Shown here one piece after another: positions 25,022-40,124 of a DNA stretch of 64,000 bases. The stretch comes from Octopus bimaculoides (lineage: Eukaryota). Under the pieces are notes generated by a model. It was given only the letters and a program-made list of their open reading frames with translations. It was not told the origin of the DNA and did not search any database. Position 1 is the stretch's first letter. Each line of letters begins with the position of its first letter. Position numbers and translations under genes: made by a program. The stretch is taken from the NCBI RefSeq assembly GCF_001194135.2, contig NC_068984.1, forward strand, positions 20,008,264-20,072,263, read 5' to 3'.

Positions 25022-28000
25022 GTAGGTGGTTTGGGATATTGATAGATTCTTGTCACGTTAATGTGTGCTAAACAAAGCTTATCTAATTCTAGGACTGACC
25101 AGCAATTTCGCAACTGGTGGTTGTCCTCACTTGGCAAGCTTCCGTGTTAATATCTAAGAAAGGAATTGACAACTTCCCAAGAAGTTGTGGTACACGGACA
25201 CGAGTTGACTACCACCATTTCTGTGTGTGTACGTCCATGTATGTATGTGTGTGTGTGCGTGTGTGCGTGTGCGTGCGTGCGTATGTATGTATACATGCAT
25301 AAATACATACATTGGTATATATGAAATTATATTCTGTCTTTAAAAATGGCTGACAGATATGCAACGCATTTGATTAAATCCTATCCAATTCTACTTGATA
25401 TATGCTACCGCTGATTTTAAAAGTCGCGAGATTTTAAAAGTCGCGAGATTTTAAAAGTAAAGACAATATTTTCTTTGTATGTATTATATTTATTTTAATG
25501 TTATTTGTTCACCGTTTATTCCTCTTGAAATGTTGATTTACTAACACATAGATTTTAAAAGTTTTGTAGGATTAAAAACAAATAATTCATTATCGACAGA
25601 AACGCAACGTTTTTCAACAGACATTGAAACAACTACCGTACTTAATGACGTCAAGGACGAATGGCGGGTATATTAAAGCACGTCGCAATTTCAGCAGTAT
25701 ATATTCAGGTAAAAAAAACGTTTTTAGTGCATTAAAGCTTATGAGACACCCAGCGCTGGATTAACCATGAAGTAAAATGAGCACGTGCTTATGGTATCAA
25801 GGAAGCGGAGATATTACAGAAATGGTAAATGGTTTACGACAAAAAAAGAAATTACTTTAAACTTGCTAAAATAATATTCTAAGTAGTTTATATGATTGGA
25901 AATATAATTTCGAAGTGTCCATGGTGTCATGAGGATCTGATCAAAGACTTTGCAATAAAAAAAAGTAGGAGAAAGCTTTTTAAATATAAATAAAATGGAA
26001 GTTTGGCTGTTTGTTTCTCTGGAGACTGTCAGAATGATGTAGGCACCTCTGATGAGAACCCAATAAGGTTCGGAAATTGATTAAGGTTGTTCATAATATT
26101 TTTTTCAGTCTGCAGAGAAATGGCTAAAATTTGCCCTGTTTATAATTATACCATATGATACATATATATATATATATATATANNNNNNNNNNNNNNNNNN
26201 NNNNNNNNNNNNNNNNNNNNNNNNNNNNNNNNNNNNNNNNNNNNNNNNNNNNNNNNNNNNNNNNNNNNNNNNNNNNNNNNNNNNNNNNNNNNNNNNNNNN
26301 NNNNNNNNNNNNNNNNNNNNNNNNNNNNNNNNNNNNNNNNNNNNNNNNNNNNNNNNNNNNNNNNNNNNNNNNNNNNNNNNNNNNNNNNNNNNNNNNNNNN
26401 NNNNNNNNNNNNNNNNNNNNNNNNNNNNNNNNNNNNNNNNNNNNNNNACGTTCTACCAGTTCCAACAATCCATCACCTTCGATTGGTACTTTTTAACAAC
26501 CCCGAAAAGATGAAAAGCAAAATTGAGTTTGGTAAGATTCGAACACAAGTGTTCAGAGAGTGGGAACCAATACTGCGAGACGTACTTATCCAAAGATCTA
26601 ACAACTCTGACAATTTACCGCCTTAATTTCTTCACTTTTTTTTCTTCTTTACGTTCTGAGTTCAAATTCCGCCAAGGTCAACTTTGCCTTTCATCTTTTG
26701 GAGGTCGATAAAATAAGTACCAGTTGAACACTGGGGTTGATGTAATTGACTCACCCCTCTCCTGAAATTGCTGGCCTTGTACTAAAATTTGAGATCAATA
26801 TTATTAACTGCAGAGAACGGTAATCCACCACCACCATCATCTTTTGTAACGTATGGTAATGACAAAGGAAAAATACTTACTGGCGATTGTTTCTTTCTTC
26901 TGAGTGAAACGGACAGATAATTATTTTTTCAAGAAGTAAATGGAAATTGTTTGTCTTATTTATTTCGATTCGGTTGCAGCTTGTAACACATTATCGAATT
27001 CTACTATTTGACAAAACATAAGGAGTATGAAAAACACAAAGAAACTGCGTTTAGGTAAACTTAAAGGAATTGCGTTTAAAAAGAAAAAAAACTAGCATTT
27101 TCAAAAGAATCTTTATGTGAACAGCAATCTATTTTCAAACGACATATAAAAATAGTTCCGTAATGCAGGCAAGTTACGAAATGTGTGAGCTAATTGCAAA
27201 ATAAAAGTGAAGCCACACATCAAAAGAGAATTTGTTAATGCGTCTATAGTTGCTACCTCACAGGTTTTAATTCCAGAATGTCAGTTTAACATGGAGGGCA
27301 TTTTCTGGCAGTGAAATGACATGGCTGACGATATCCAATTATACCTGAAACAAGCAGCTTTAGAATCACTGATGTAGTAAATACAGTACAGTTGACTTTG
27401 TTGATGTGTGTGTTAGAGGCAAACTTTACAGTATGAGAACATGTACTTACTTATATTCGATCCTTAGCAATTACCAGAGATAATGATCTTCTTTCGTCTT
27501 TTTTAATCTTCTTTTAAATGTTTCAGTCATTGGCCTACGGCCATGCTGGACCATCGTCTTCAATGGCTTTAGTCGAACAAATCGACTCCTGTACTTACAT
27601 TTATTTTTTAATCTACTAATTATTCTATTGGTCGAACCGCTAGATTATTGGGATATAAACAAACGAACACTATATATTAGTCTCATGATCGTAAGGTCAT
27701 GTGTTCGATACCTGGCGGACACTTTATGTCATGTTGTTCCACTCCACTCAGCTAGCAAAAATCACTAGTACTTGTATTTCAAAGGGCCTGCCTTTTCACA
27801 CTGTGTCACGCTGAATCTCTCTGAGAACTACGTTAAGGGTGCGGGTGTTTGTGGAGTGCTCAGCCACTTGCACATTAATTTCACGAGCTAGCTGTTCCGT
27901 TGATCAGATCAGCTGGAACCTTCATCGTCGTAACCGACGGAGTACCATTACTTGTGCATATTTTCTAGTGATCTAACTTGTAATAAAATGTATAAACTTC

Positions 28001-28590
28001 ATTAAAAATATGAGATTGAACAGCAGAGAATTTATAGATATTTTTTGAATTACCACGAAACAGAATAGGGAGGTTGATTGCCCCATTGTGAAGATTTAGA
28101 TAAAAAAAATAAAAAAAGCACACATATGAGTTAAAAAATGAAGTAAAGCTTTTCATGGATAATAAAGTCATTCCCATTTTGGAATTAGGAGATCAAAAAG
28201 GATTATGTGAATTGTCATACCTGATCGATATGCTATCACCGTTCATTGGAATTATCTATGTTTGAAATTATAGCTTTTTCCGTATTGCCAATACCAGGAG
28301 CTTTGAATCAATTCTGGATTGATTGTTCATAACGCAACGAAAAACATAATAAATAAATAAATAAAAATACTGCATGATACATTTTCCAACTCTGAAAGAA
28401 AAGAAACTGGAATTGTAGGTGGAACACGTATTCCAAAATGTTTCAATCTTTGGGATTAATTTCAAAGAGAATTTCGACATTTATGATATTCTATGCTCGA
28501 ATTGCGAATATGTGAACTTTCTTTTGATACATGAGGATCGAATGAAACTTTTAGTTCCCTTCAAGTCGTGGAGTTAATTTATTCAAAACA

Positions 28591-28728
<138 letters not shown>

Positions 28729-29032
28729 GCACCTATACGTTTATGTATTTGTTTTGCAAGATTCTTGATGCGAAATCGTATGTTGAAACAGATATTGTTA
28801 TATTTGGGGATGGTCATATTTTGTCAATTGAACACTCTTTATCCCATGCGTTTCCTCTTGTTCTATTTAGTCCATTACAAGAGGAGATACGTGGGATAAA
28901 GAGTCGTTGAAGAGGTCACAGGATGTGTGGCGAAAGAGATTAGACAAAGGACACAAAAATAATAACAATAATAAAGCTGAAGTGAAGACCAAGTGTATAG
29001 AGCATGCGTTTAACAGGCAGAAATATGATCAT

Positions 29033-29264
29033 AAGGCGGCGAGCTGGCAGAAACGTTAGCACGCCGGGCGAAATGCTTAGCAGTATTTCGTCTGCCGTTA
29101 CTTTCTGAGTTCAAATTCTGCCGCGGTCGACTTTACCTTTTATCCTTTCGGGGTCGATAAATTAAGTACCATTTACGCACTGGGGTCATGTAATCGACTT
29201 AATCCCTTTGTCTTTCCTTGTTTGTCCCTCTATGTTTAGCCCCCTTGTGGGCAATAAAGAAATA
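29033..29264 (+). mobile_element. SINE family C monomer with the Tx1-like tail and a 14-bp TSD
   Basis: Full head AAGGCGGCGAGCTGGCAGAAACGTTAGC. TSD AGAAATATGATCAT at 29019-29032 and 29265-29278. Confidence 0.92.
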
Positions 29265-29289
29265 AGAAATATGATCATCCCCAAATATA

Positions 29290-29640
29290 ATGATTCCTAA
29301 AATGTTTCTATATGGCCAACAAATGGAGGGATATCGCAACAAAGGAAGACTTCTCCTTAAGTATAAGAATAAGATGAAGCAATCTCTAAAATCTCTACAG
29401 CTTAACCTGACATCTTGGGAAAGTTATTGCCTAGATCGATCTGCATGGCGTAAAATGTGTCACGATGCATCCAAACAATTTGAGTTGAAGAAAAAGAACA
29501 ATAGAAGAACTATAAGCTACAATCAACAGACACCCTTACCCGATCCCAAGCAAAATCAAAATCATCAATGTCCCCATTGCGACTTCAAAGCAAAAACCCA
29601 TCCTTAAATTGAAGTTACATTCACGCATCCATCGCAAATA
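29290..29640 (+). mobile_element. RTE-clade LINE 3' fragment (RT C-terminus plus zinc finger)
   Basis: IPKMFLYGQ...GRLLLKYKNKMKQSLK...WESYCLDRSAWR, then CPHCDFKAK and, after a frameshift, LKLHSRIH. Confidence 0.82.
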
Positions 29641-29689
29641 GGTGCAGCTTCTTAGTTGAAACCGAGGGGAGCAACCATCATATATATAT

Positions 29690-29850
29690 AGTTGTAATTT
29701 ACAGAAAAACAAAAGACGAAGGCAGGTGCATATGCAACAAGCAGATGTATTAGTTTTACGCTCTGGAAGGTGAGAAAGTCTTTTACGTTTCGAGCCTACG
29801 CTCTTCAACAGAAAGGAATACGAGGAAATAATCAGAGAGAGAATATAAAA
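29690..29850 (-). mobile_element. Penelope-like short repeat with a hammerhead-like motif (29780-29815)
   Basis: Minus strand reads CTTT CTGTTGA A GAGC GTAG GCTC GAAAC GTA AAAG. Confidence 0.6.
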
Positions 29851-31113
29851 AAAAAAAAAAACAAGCGGATTTAGCGGTTAACAATATAAAAATAACGATT
29901 ACTCCGAAGTAGTAATAGCGTTACCTTTAATTCGATAATTATATACCGCTTTTTAAGACCAACAATTCTTTTGCAATTGAAACATGTGTAGGTCTTAAAG
30001 GTGGTATATAATTATCGAATTAAAGGTAATGCTACTGCCACTTTGGAGTTATCCTTATTTTTATATTGTCAATACTTATACTTCAGGAAAGCTATATGAT
30101 TANNNNNNNNNNNNNNNNNNNNNNNNNNNNNNNNNNNNNNNNNNNNNNNNNNNNNNNNNNNNNNNNNNNNNNNNNNNNNNNNNNNNNNNNNNNNNNNNNN
30201 NNNNNNNNNNNNNNNNNNNNNNNNNNNNNNNNNNNNNNNNNNNNNNNNNNNNNNNNNNNNNNNNNNNNNNNNNNNNNNNNNNNNNNNNNNNNNNNNNNNN
30301 NNNNNNNNNNNNNNNNNNNNNNNNNNNNNNNNNNNNNNNNNNNNNNNNNNNNNNNNNNNNNNNNNNNNNNNNNNNNNNNNNNNNNNNNNNNNNNNNNNNN
30401 NNNNNNNNNNNNNNNNNNNNNNNNNNNNNNNNNNNNNNNNNNNNNNNNNNNNNNNNNNNNNNNNNNNNNNNNNNNNNNNNNNNNNNNNNNNNNNNNNNNN
30501 NNNNNNNNNNNNNNNNNNNNNNNNNNNNNNNNNNNNNNNNNNNNNNNNNNNNNNNNNNNNNNNNNNNNNNNNNNNNNNNNNNNNNNNNNNNNNNNNNNNN
30601 NNNNNNNNNNNNNNNNNNNNNNNNNNNNNNNNNNNNNNNNNNNNNNNNNNTATATATATATATATATTTATATACATGTATATATAGTTATACTTCGGGA
30701 TGGTCATTTTTTTTTGGCCAAATAAACATACGCACTATATATTCGTTCTTCACTCGTTTATTATTGTTCTTATTTTAAGTCATGCCCTTTGCCCAGAAAT
30801 CTTTCGTCACACATTTATGACCTCTTCAGTGACACTTTCCGTCTTCGTATGTACTCCTGCTCTGCTGAATTTATATATATATATATATCTATTTAAGTAG
30901 CTAGTTACCTAGATAGCAAGCTAGATAGACAGACAGATAAATACATCAGACCTAATTTTCTGCTGAAAGTTTATTCCATATCCCTAAATTTGATATTTTT
31001 GGAATAGGTGTCTTTAATCAGCAAATCTCTTAATTTGCCTCAATATGATTTAAGGGTTGTGCTGAGGACTTCGGTCCTGTTCATGTTTTAACAGGTCAAC
31101 TACTTCGACATAA

Positions 31114-31182
<69 letters not shown>

Positions 31183-31689
31183 GACAATGGGCCTTGCAAA
31201 ACATAATTGCATCGTAATTGTTTAAATCAAAAATATAAAAGAAATAACTATCAGGTGCTGTTTAACAGAAGCTATTTTAGATAGAATTGTCAATGGTTCC
31301 CTGAAAAGAAATATATGCAGAAGCACGATAGCAAGGAGGGAAAAGCTGCATTAATGTTTTGGTAAGGGACCTGCTATTTGTCACTGCTATAAATCACATT
31401 TGTGTCAGTATTAAGTGACGAAGTCATGATACTGTTTAAGTAACAATCTTGAAATACAGGGATTATCAGGTAAAGAAAAAGATGACCAAACATGTTTTTT
31501 GCGAATTCCATCTGTTTGAGGAACAGTAAAAATATGCAATACTTTTCTGAAGTTTAGTACGTACATGGAATTTGTATAACTTGTAAATTGATAATCTTTT
31601 CAATTTTAATATTAGGTATATACGAAGCGTGAGCTGGCCTTCTATCAAAAATTAGAAACCAATGTTGAAACCAATAAAGACCGCTTTGG

Positions 31690-31880
31690 TCATGAATGAC
31701 CATGGAATTGCACCTAGAAAGTTATCCTCAGCATAACCCTTAAATCATATTGAGGCACCAGAGCTCAAAGGTTGTTTTTGAAAGACCAGCAGTCGCCCAT
31801 GCATACTAGTCTCTCCTCTCCGCGACGCCGATGTTATCCAAGGGAAAGGCAAAGGCCGATACAGCTCACTGCTGCTACAG
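31690..31880 (-). mobile_element. 3' fragment of a further SINE-like repeat
   Basis: The sequence TCATGAATGACCATGG...CAGCAGTCGCCCATGCAT...GGGAAAGGCAAAGGCCGATACAGC is recalled as an octopus interspersed repeat tail. Only one copy is in the window. Confidence 0.4.
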
Positions 31881-33480
31881 TTCACTCTTTCATTGAAACC
31901 AATATNNNNNNNNNNNNNNNNNNNNNNNNNNNNNNNNNNNNNNNNNNNNNNNNNNNNNNNNNNNNNNNNNNNNNNNNNNNNNNNNNNNNNNNNNNNNNNN
32001 NNNNNNNNNNNNNNNNNNNNNNNNNNNNNNNNNNNNNNNNNNNNNNNNNNNNNNNNNNNNNNNNNNNNNNNNNNNNNNNNNNNNNNNNNNNNNNNNNNNN
32101 NNNNNNNNNNNNNNNNNNNNNNNNNNNNNNNNNNNNNNNNNNNNNNNNNNNNNNNNNNNNNNNNNNNNNNNNNNNNNNNNNNNNNNNNNNNNNNNNNNNN
32201 NNNNNNNNNNNNNNNNNNNNNNNNNNNNNNNNNNNNNNNNNNNNNNNNNNNNNNNNNNNNNNNNNNNNNNNNNNNNNNNNNNNNNNNNNNNNNNNNNNNN
32301 NNNNNNNNNNNNNNNNNNNNNNNNNNNNNNNNNNNNNNNNNNNNNNNNNNNNNNNNNNNNNNNNNNNNNNNNNNNNNNNNNNNNNNNNNNNNNNNNNNNN
32401 NNNNNNNNNNNNNNNNNNNNNNNNNNNNNNNNNNNNNNNNNNNNNNNNNNNNNNNNNNNNNNNNNNNNNNNNNNNNNNNNNNNNNNNNNNNNNNNNNNNN
32501 NNNNNNNNNNNNNNNNNNNNNNNNNNNNNNNNNNNNNNNNNNNNNNNNNNNNNNNNNNNNNNNNNNNNNNNNNNNNNNNNNNNNNNNNNNNNNNNNNNNN
32601 NNNNNNNNNNNNNNNNNNNNNNNNNNNNNNNNNNNNNNNNNNNNNNNNNNNNNNNNNNNNNNNNNNNNNNNNNNNNNNNNNNNNNNNNNNNNNNNNNNNN
32701 NNNNNNNNTATATATATATATATATCACTCGGTATTTTTGTTACTTTTTTTAACAGCAGTTTTTCATAACTCTGTTTTTAGGTCACCCTCTAAGTTGCTG
32801 ACATTCTAACATTCTGGCATCAAATGTTAATGTTGCCTACATGCATGCATGTGTGTGTGTGTGTATAAATTACTTGGCAACTGGCCTTTTTGTTGTTTTT
32901 TTTCATTTATACGTATGTGCACACGAGTGATGTATGTATGTGTGTGTGTGTAAGAGAGAGAGAAGGTGTGTGTGTAAGCTGTAAGCTCGAGTGAATTATT
33001 GGCAATATATACAAAATATGTTTGTGTACATGTATTCGGGTGTATGTGTGTGTGCATCTGTGTATCTGCGTGTGCTTGTGCGTGCGAATGTGAGTTATCT
33101 GTGCATTTGTGTGCATATGTGTGCATGCATATTTGCATGTGTGCGTATTTGTTAGCGTTTGTGCATGAGTGCAAGTGTATGTGCATTTGTGCTTATGAGT
33201 GTGGGCATGTGTGTGCATGCGTATGTTTATGTATATGTGAGCGTGAAACTTGATTAAATTATTAGCGATGCATACAAAATACGTATGATGTGTATGTGTA
33301 ATTAGGTGCTCATGTGTTGAGCATACGTGTACGTGCATTAATTAATGTGTAGGCGTGAAGCTTGAGTGAAGTGTTAGCGACACACACAAAAGAATGTATG
33401 ATGCGCGCACGCGCGCGCGTGTGTGTGTGTAAATATGTGTGTTAAACGTATGCGATTGCATTGTTTGCGATATATACAAA

Positions 33481-33532
<52 letters not shown>

Positions 33533-34566
33533 NNNNNNNNNNNNNNNNNNNNNNNNNNNNNNNNNNNNNNNNNNNNNNNNNNNNNNNNNNNNNNNNNNNN
33601 NNNNNNNNNNNNNNNNTATGTATGTATGTATGTATGTATGTATGTATGTATGTATGTATGTATGTATGTATGAGTGCATGTATTTGTGAGTGTGTGTGTG
33701 TGTGTGTGTCTCTACGTGTGTGTACATGTGTGTCACAACAAATGTTAGTGTAAAAGAAACGAGTGTTCAGCGCATTACATAATCAGTGTGGAAGAGATTA
33801 AAATAAACAGAGGTTATCAACTGAAATGGAGAAAATCAAAGTGACCAGTTATTTTGAAGTAACTTTATTATTTTGACTGGGGTTATGTAAAGCAATAAAA
33901 AGATCAGAAGATATAACAGCCATCGCTTACACCGACCCATTAATGTATTTAAATATTATCAGTGAATCAAAGAATGTATTTTTTTAGTTTGTGTATGTAT
34001 GTATGTAGTTGTTGACTTGGTTTTATTTGTGCTAAAGAAAAGATACTACACTTTCCTTTGACGGTCTCTTAAACTGAAATCACATCACAACAGAAATATA
34101 CGTATATGTGTGAGAATGCGTGTTACATATGGTCTCGTTATCTTCCGTTTTTAATTCTGTGAGTTATTCTAATAAATTCTATTTCATTGAAATTTACACA
34201 ATAACAGCAGTAAAGAATAAACAGTAAAAAGGATTCCGAATCTTATAACATCCTGCACTCGAACTCTGCACGAAAAAGCGAAATTCTTTTTGATCTAAAT
34301 TACCAGATGAAACTCCCGACTCCTTTCAACGTGAATTCATTCATTTCGAATCAGATAATATACTTAATATTAAAACATAAAATATTATTTATTTTCGAAT
34401 TATATAAATTCTATAGCTGTGTGGTTATGAAGTTGCATCGCAGCCACAAGGTTTCGGGTTTAGTCCCACTGTGCGGTACCTTGAATAAGTGTCTTCTACA
34501 ATAGCCTTGGGGGCCGACAGATGCCCCGTGGGTCAATTTGGTGGATGGAAACTCTGAGCAAATTGG

Positions 34567-34638
<72 letters not shown>

Positions 34639-35766
34639 CACAACCGCTTGACAACCGGTGTTAGTTTGTTTACGTCCCCGTAACTTAGCGCGGTGTGTGG
34701 GAACATAAGTAATGTAGCAGACTTTAAAACAATCTGCTGCACCCATATAACCAAAGTCCATTTACAAGTAAACTATATACTCTAGAAAAGTATTGCATAT
34801 TTTAACTCTTCCTCACAGTTTCAATTTTCAAAAGCATTTTTGGTCATCTTTTTCTTTGCATGAAAGCCCAAAGCTTCAAGATTATTACTTAAACAATTGG
34901 TATAACTATAAGTTTGTCGATTATTCCAGATACCTCTTGATAATTGCTGGGCATGTGGCACTTGTTGCGCTGACGAATACAAGTTTGTAAGATGAAAGAG
35001 TGAGACTCACTCAGCACAAACCATGCCCACTATGATAATATCCATCGAGCAAGTTGTTCAGCAAACCAAGACACCATCACCATCATACTTCCTTCATAAG
35101 TTTAGTGGCGATAGGAAAAGAAGCGACGGGGAAGGTGGCGGATGATATTGGAAGTCTTCAGCTTTGAACCTGCACAACCTGCACGCAAGCGACCTTAGAG
35201 TGAAGTGATCTATTGTGTCTTGTTGAACCTTCATTTGTCGAGGCGACAAGAGTTCAGACTGAACAAAGGATTTTTCCTCTCTATTCAACCCTGAACTACG
35301 TTTCACTCGAGAAGGTTAAAAGGTCAGTTTATTCTCATAAATTTCTTAGTGCAACAGGCGAGAAAAATAGGCAGAGGACTTGTAGGAAATTGTAGATTTG
35401 GTTTTGAATCTTGCCTTAAACATTTGGAAGCTACCTGTTACAGTCCTGACCTTTTGTTGTCATTCCAGGGCAAGTACATAGAATATATCATATCAAGCAG
35501 TGAACAACTTCGTTTGTCAGTTTGATATTCAGCAAGAATCCTGAAATCTTCCTTCTGGGTTTATTTTACAAGCGTAAACATGCAAAAGACCAGAAACAGC
35601 TCACAAACTACATATACGGATTGTTATCCTATAAAACGATAGTACTTAGTAACGCTCTCTGCTTAGCTGACTTCCAGACGATTGGAGATCAACTTTTTCT
35701 GCGTCAACACACCAGCATCGGTTGTCAAGCGATGGTGGGGGGACAAACACAGACACACAAACACAC

Positions 35767-35821
<55 letters not shown>

Positions 35822-36810
35822 TACGACGGGCTTCTTTCAGTTTCCGTCTACCAAATCCACTCAGAAGGCTTTGGTCGGCCAGAGGCTATAGTAGAAGACA
35901 CTTGCCCAAGGTGCCACGCAGTGGGACTGAACCCGGAACCATATGGTTGGTAAACAAGCTACTTACCACACAGCCACTCCTGCGCCTTTTGTGGTGATGT
36001 CATACGATTTTGCTATTCTGAGAAAATATTTGCTTATTTTGCAATGAATCCAAAGAACCTAGTAATTTTTTTACCATTTCCAAACTCGAATCAGCAACTT
36101 CTATATCAATTGATACATAACTCTTTCACAGTGTCCAAATTATTGACTGAACCACAGCGATAAAGAATTTGTAGGATCACCCAGCACAATATAGTAGCAG
36201 GGTTATGAATAGCAAATCTAAGGACACCTTGTAAAGATCTTTTATTCTGCACTGAACATGCACGCAAACACACGCATTTTGATAGATAATTAGACAGGCA
36301 GACAGAGACAAACAGATATAGAGCAACTTGAGTAAAGGCTTCGACTCTGCTCTCAGTAAATATTCCGCTTTCATTCTTGGACTCGTTTTAAAATAATAAC
36401 TTTATTTTAACACACACACACACACACACGCACACACACACACGCACACACACACACGCACGCACGCACGCGCACACACACATACACACACATACTCACT
36501 CACTCACTCATACACACACATGTACACTCGTATACGTATGTTACACATAGATACATACATACATACATACACACATATACACACATAGGCACACACATGC
36601 ATAAGTACATACATACATGTTTGTATATGTATGTATCTGTATGTATGTATGTATGTATTTATGTATATGTATGAATGTATCTGTATGTGTGCATGTATAT
36701 GTATGTATATGTATATGTATGTACGTATGTATGTATATAGATATATACACATAGATATGTATGTATATGTATGTGTGTATATATATATACACATATACAT
36801 ACATATAAAT

Positions 36811-36955
<145 letters not shown>

Positions 36956-36956
36956 T

Positions 36957-37006
<50 letters not shown>

Positions 37007-37545
37007 CGAAAGGTGTGTTCCAGTATATATTCACACACTTATTAGCTGATAGACAGATGCACTTGAAAGCAAATCCATGACGTCATAAAACGTGTAATAT
37101 ATTTACTACGACATGGGAAAATAGGTCTTCGTATTTCGCATTGAATTATCGTATTGAATTTCTTAAACGTATTTTCTCTCATAATTTATTTAATTACCAT
37201 ATGTTTATTTGAAAACTAAGTACTGGAGTCACCGATTTATATACTGATGTCATTCAATTATAGTTGTTTGAGAGTCATTTCCAGTATTCGGTATTGGTGC
37301 ATGGTCGTTGCTTATTATTGAATCACCCCAGTCTTAATTCATGAGAACACTGGATAATTGTCCATGGAACCAAAGTACCTAGGGGCCCTTTCTCTTCCTT
37401 ATCTAGGGCTTCATCATTCCTGAAGGAGTAATCCCTCCCTGAACTCCTACCACAGCTGTCTGTCTCAGAACAATCGTCTGTCTCTGAACAATCGTGGCCA
37501 TGTAAGCCCCCGATAGTGGGTGGGATCATCTCCCATCTTGTCTTT

Positions 37546-37954
37546 AGATCGACCCCAGTGCGCAACTGGTACCTAATTTATCGACCCCGAAAGAATGAAA
37601 AGCAAAGTTGACCTCGGCGGAATTTGAACTCAGAATGTAAAGACAGACGAAATACCGCGAAACATTTCACCGAGCGTGCTAATGTTTCTGCCAGCTCGCC
37701 GCCTTAAGAATAAAAGTTTTTTCTAATCTAGGCACAAGGCCCGAAAATTTGGGGAGGCGGCCAGTCGATTAGATCGACCCCAGTACGAAACTGGTACTTA
37801 ATTTATCGACCCCGAAAGGATGAAAAGCAAAGTCGACCTCGGCGGGATTTGAACTCAGAACGTTAAGACGGACGAAATACCGCTAAGCATTTCGCCCGGC
37901 GTGCTAACGTTTTTTTTCTTTATTGCTCACAAGGGGCTAAACATAGATGGGACA
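37546..37954 (-). mobile_element. Cluster of family C SINEs (a monomer plus a dimer cut by a gap)
   Basis: Same body as 1055-1484. The dimer junction GCAATAAAGAAAAAAAACGTTAGCACGCCGGG is near 37900-37930. Confidence 0.85.
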
Positions 37955-38809
37955 NNNNNNNNNNNNNNNNNNNNNNNNNNNNNNNNNNNNNNNNNNNNNN
38001 NNNNNNNNNNNNNNNNNNNNNNNNNNNNNNNNNNNNNNNNNNNNNNNNNNNNNNNNNNNNNNNNNNNNNNNNNNNNNNNNNNNNNNNNNNNNNNNNNNNN
38101 NNNNNNNNNNNNNNNNNNNNNNNNNNNNNNNNNNNNNNNNNNNNNNNNNNNNNNNNNNNNNNNNNNNNNNNNNNNNNNNNNNNNNNNNNNNNNNNNNNNN
38201 NNNNNNNNNNNNNNNNNNNNNNNNNNNNNNNNNNNNNNNNNNNNNNNNNNNNNNNNNNNNNNNNNNNNNNNNNNNNNNNNNNNNNNNNNNNNNNNNNNNN
38301 NNNNNNNNNNNNNNNNNNNNNNNNNNNNNNNNNNNNNNNNNNNNNNNNNNNNNNNNNNNNNNNNNNNNNNNNNNNNNNNNNNNNNNNNNNNNNNNNNNNN
38401 NNNNNNNNNNNNNNNNNNNNNNNNNNNNNNNNNNNNNNNNNNNNNNNNNNNNNNNNNNNNNNNNNNNNNNNNNNNNNNNNNNNNNNNNNNNNNNNNNNNN
38501 NNNNNNNNNNNNNNNNNNNNNNNNNNNNNNNNNNNNNNNNNNNNNNNNNNNNNNNNNNNNNNNNNNNNNNNNNNNNNNNNNNNNNNNNNNNNNNNNNNNN
38601 NNNNNNNNNNNNNNNNNNNNNNNNNNNNNNNNNNNNNNNNNNNTTGATGTAATCGACTTAATCCCTTTGTTTGTCCTTGTTTGTCCTCTTGTGTGCAATA
38701 ATAATAAAAGAAACGTTAGCACGCCGAGCGCTTTCTCTTGGGGTGGGTCTATGGTCTGGCATGTAACTACAGAAACATTTCTAAAAGACCTTTGCATTTT
38801 CAAACCTTT

Positions 38810-38907
<98 letters not shown>

Positions 38908-40124
38908 TGTATGCATGTATAATTTACATAATATTATATATAGTCTCATGCATCCCATTTATGTGATCGAACGCTTTCTTGCTGAGAGATCTTTAGGTTT
39001 TCAAACAAAGAAACTGTGAGTTAGAATTAGTGTTCCTTACTGTTGTAACCATAGTACTATATTTTAGTAAAATAGCGGTGTGGATTTTAGCACCAAAATA
39101 TGTAGACGCACAAACAGGCTCTCTCCTCGGAATATTCTTGTCGAAAGATTTGCCATATCAGGGAAATCAATTGTACTTTCAGTTACAAATGGGAGACTGT
39201 TGGCCAGGTTTTGTAAGCCTTTCAGTGACTGCAGATAAAGTACCAAATACTTTTACCTAATTCCGTGAATCCAACAAATACAAGTTAGAATAGAGTCAAA
39301 CAGCTTTTTATAATCAAGCCATTATATGGTTTCTGAAAGCTGTTTGTCACAAGACTTCTACGCCTTTTTTTCTTTTTTTCTTTTTTACCTTTTTATTTTA
39401 CTTTCAGACTGCACAATTTTATCAATTAAATTTGATTGGCATGTCTCCATACTCCTTTTTAACAACTGCTTACAAAAACAAATGCATACAACTTGCATTT
39501 CAAATTATTTTTTTTAATGTGCATTGTTAATTAAGCAGACATAGATAAAAGCAATTGTTCATCTGAATAACTTTGCAATTGCTAAAGGCAGACAACACCA
39601 GATGGATTGGCTAAAGAGGGTATTATTCGAGACAACAACGGTGTCAGTGGCAATCTGTTGCAATTTAATCACTTGATACTGTCTGAATCTTTGTATATGT
39701 GCTGCAGAGGATGGTCTCGAAACTATAGAGTTGGTGCTCTGTATTTGATATTCACCGTAAACAGACCACACCTTATGACATTCCTTTCTACTGACTGATA
39801 TCTATATTTGCATTCTAATATATATNNNNNNNNNNNNNNNNNNNNNNNNNNNNNNNNNNNNNNNNNNNNNNNNNNNNNNNNNNNNNNNNNNNNNNNNNNN
39901 NNNNNNNNNNNNNNNNNNNNNNNNNNNNNNNNNNNNNNNNNNNNNNNNNNNNNNNNNNNNNNNNNNNNNNNNNNNNNNNNNNNNNNNNNNNNNNNNNNNN
40001 NNNNNNNNNNNNNNNNNNNNNNNNNNNNNNNNNNNNNNNNNNNNNNNNNNNNNNNNNNNNNNNNNNNNNNNNNNNNNNNNNNNNNNNNNNNNNNNNATAT
40101 ATATATATATATATATATATATAG

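Noticed and set aside
25413-25458. 17-bp unit GATTTTAAAAGTCGCGA repeated about 2.7 times
   Set aside because: A simple local tandem duplication without spacers; not CRISPR-like.
39064-39798. Short ORFs in unique sequence (SLKGLQNLANSLPF..., MDWLKRVLFETTT...)
   Set aside because: No recognisable motif, and lengths are within chance expectation.
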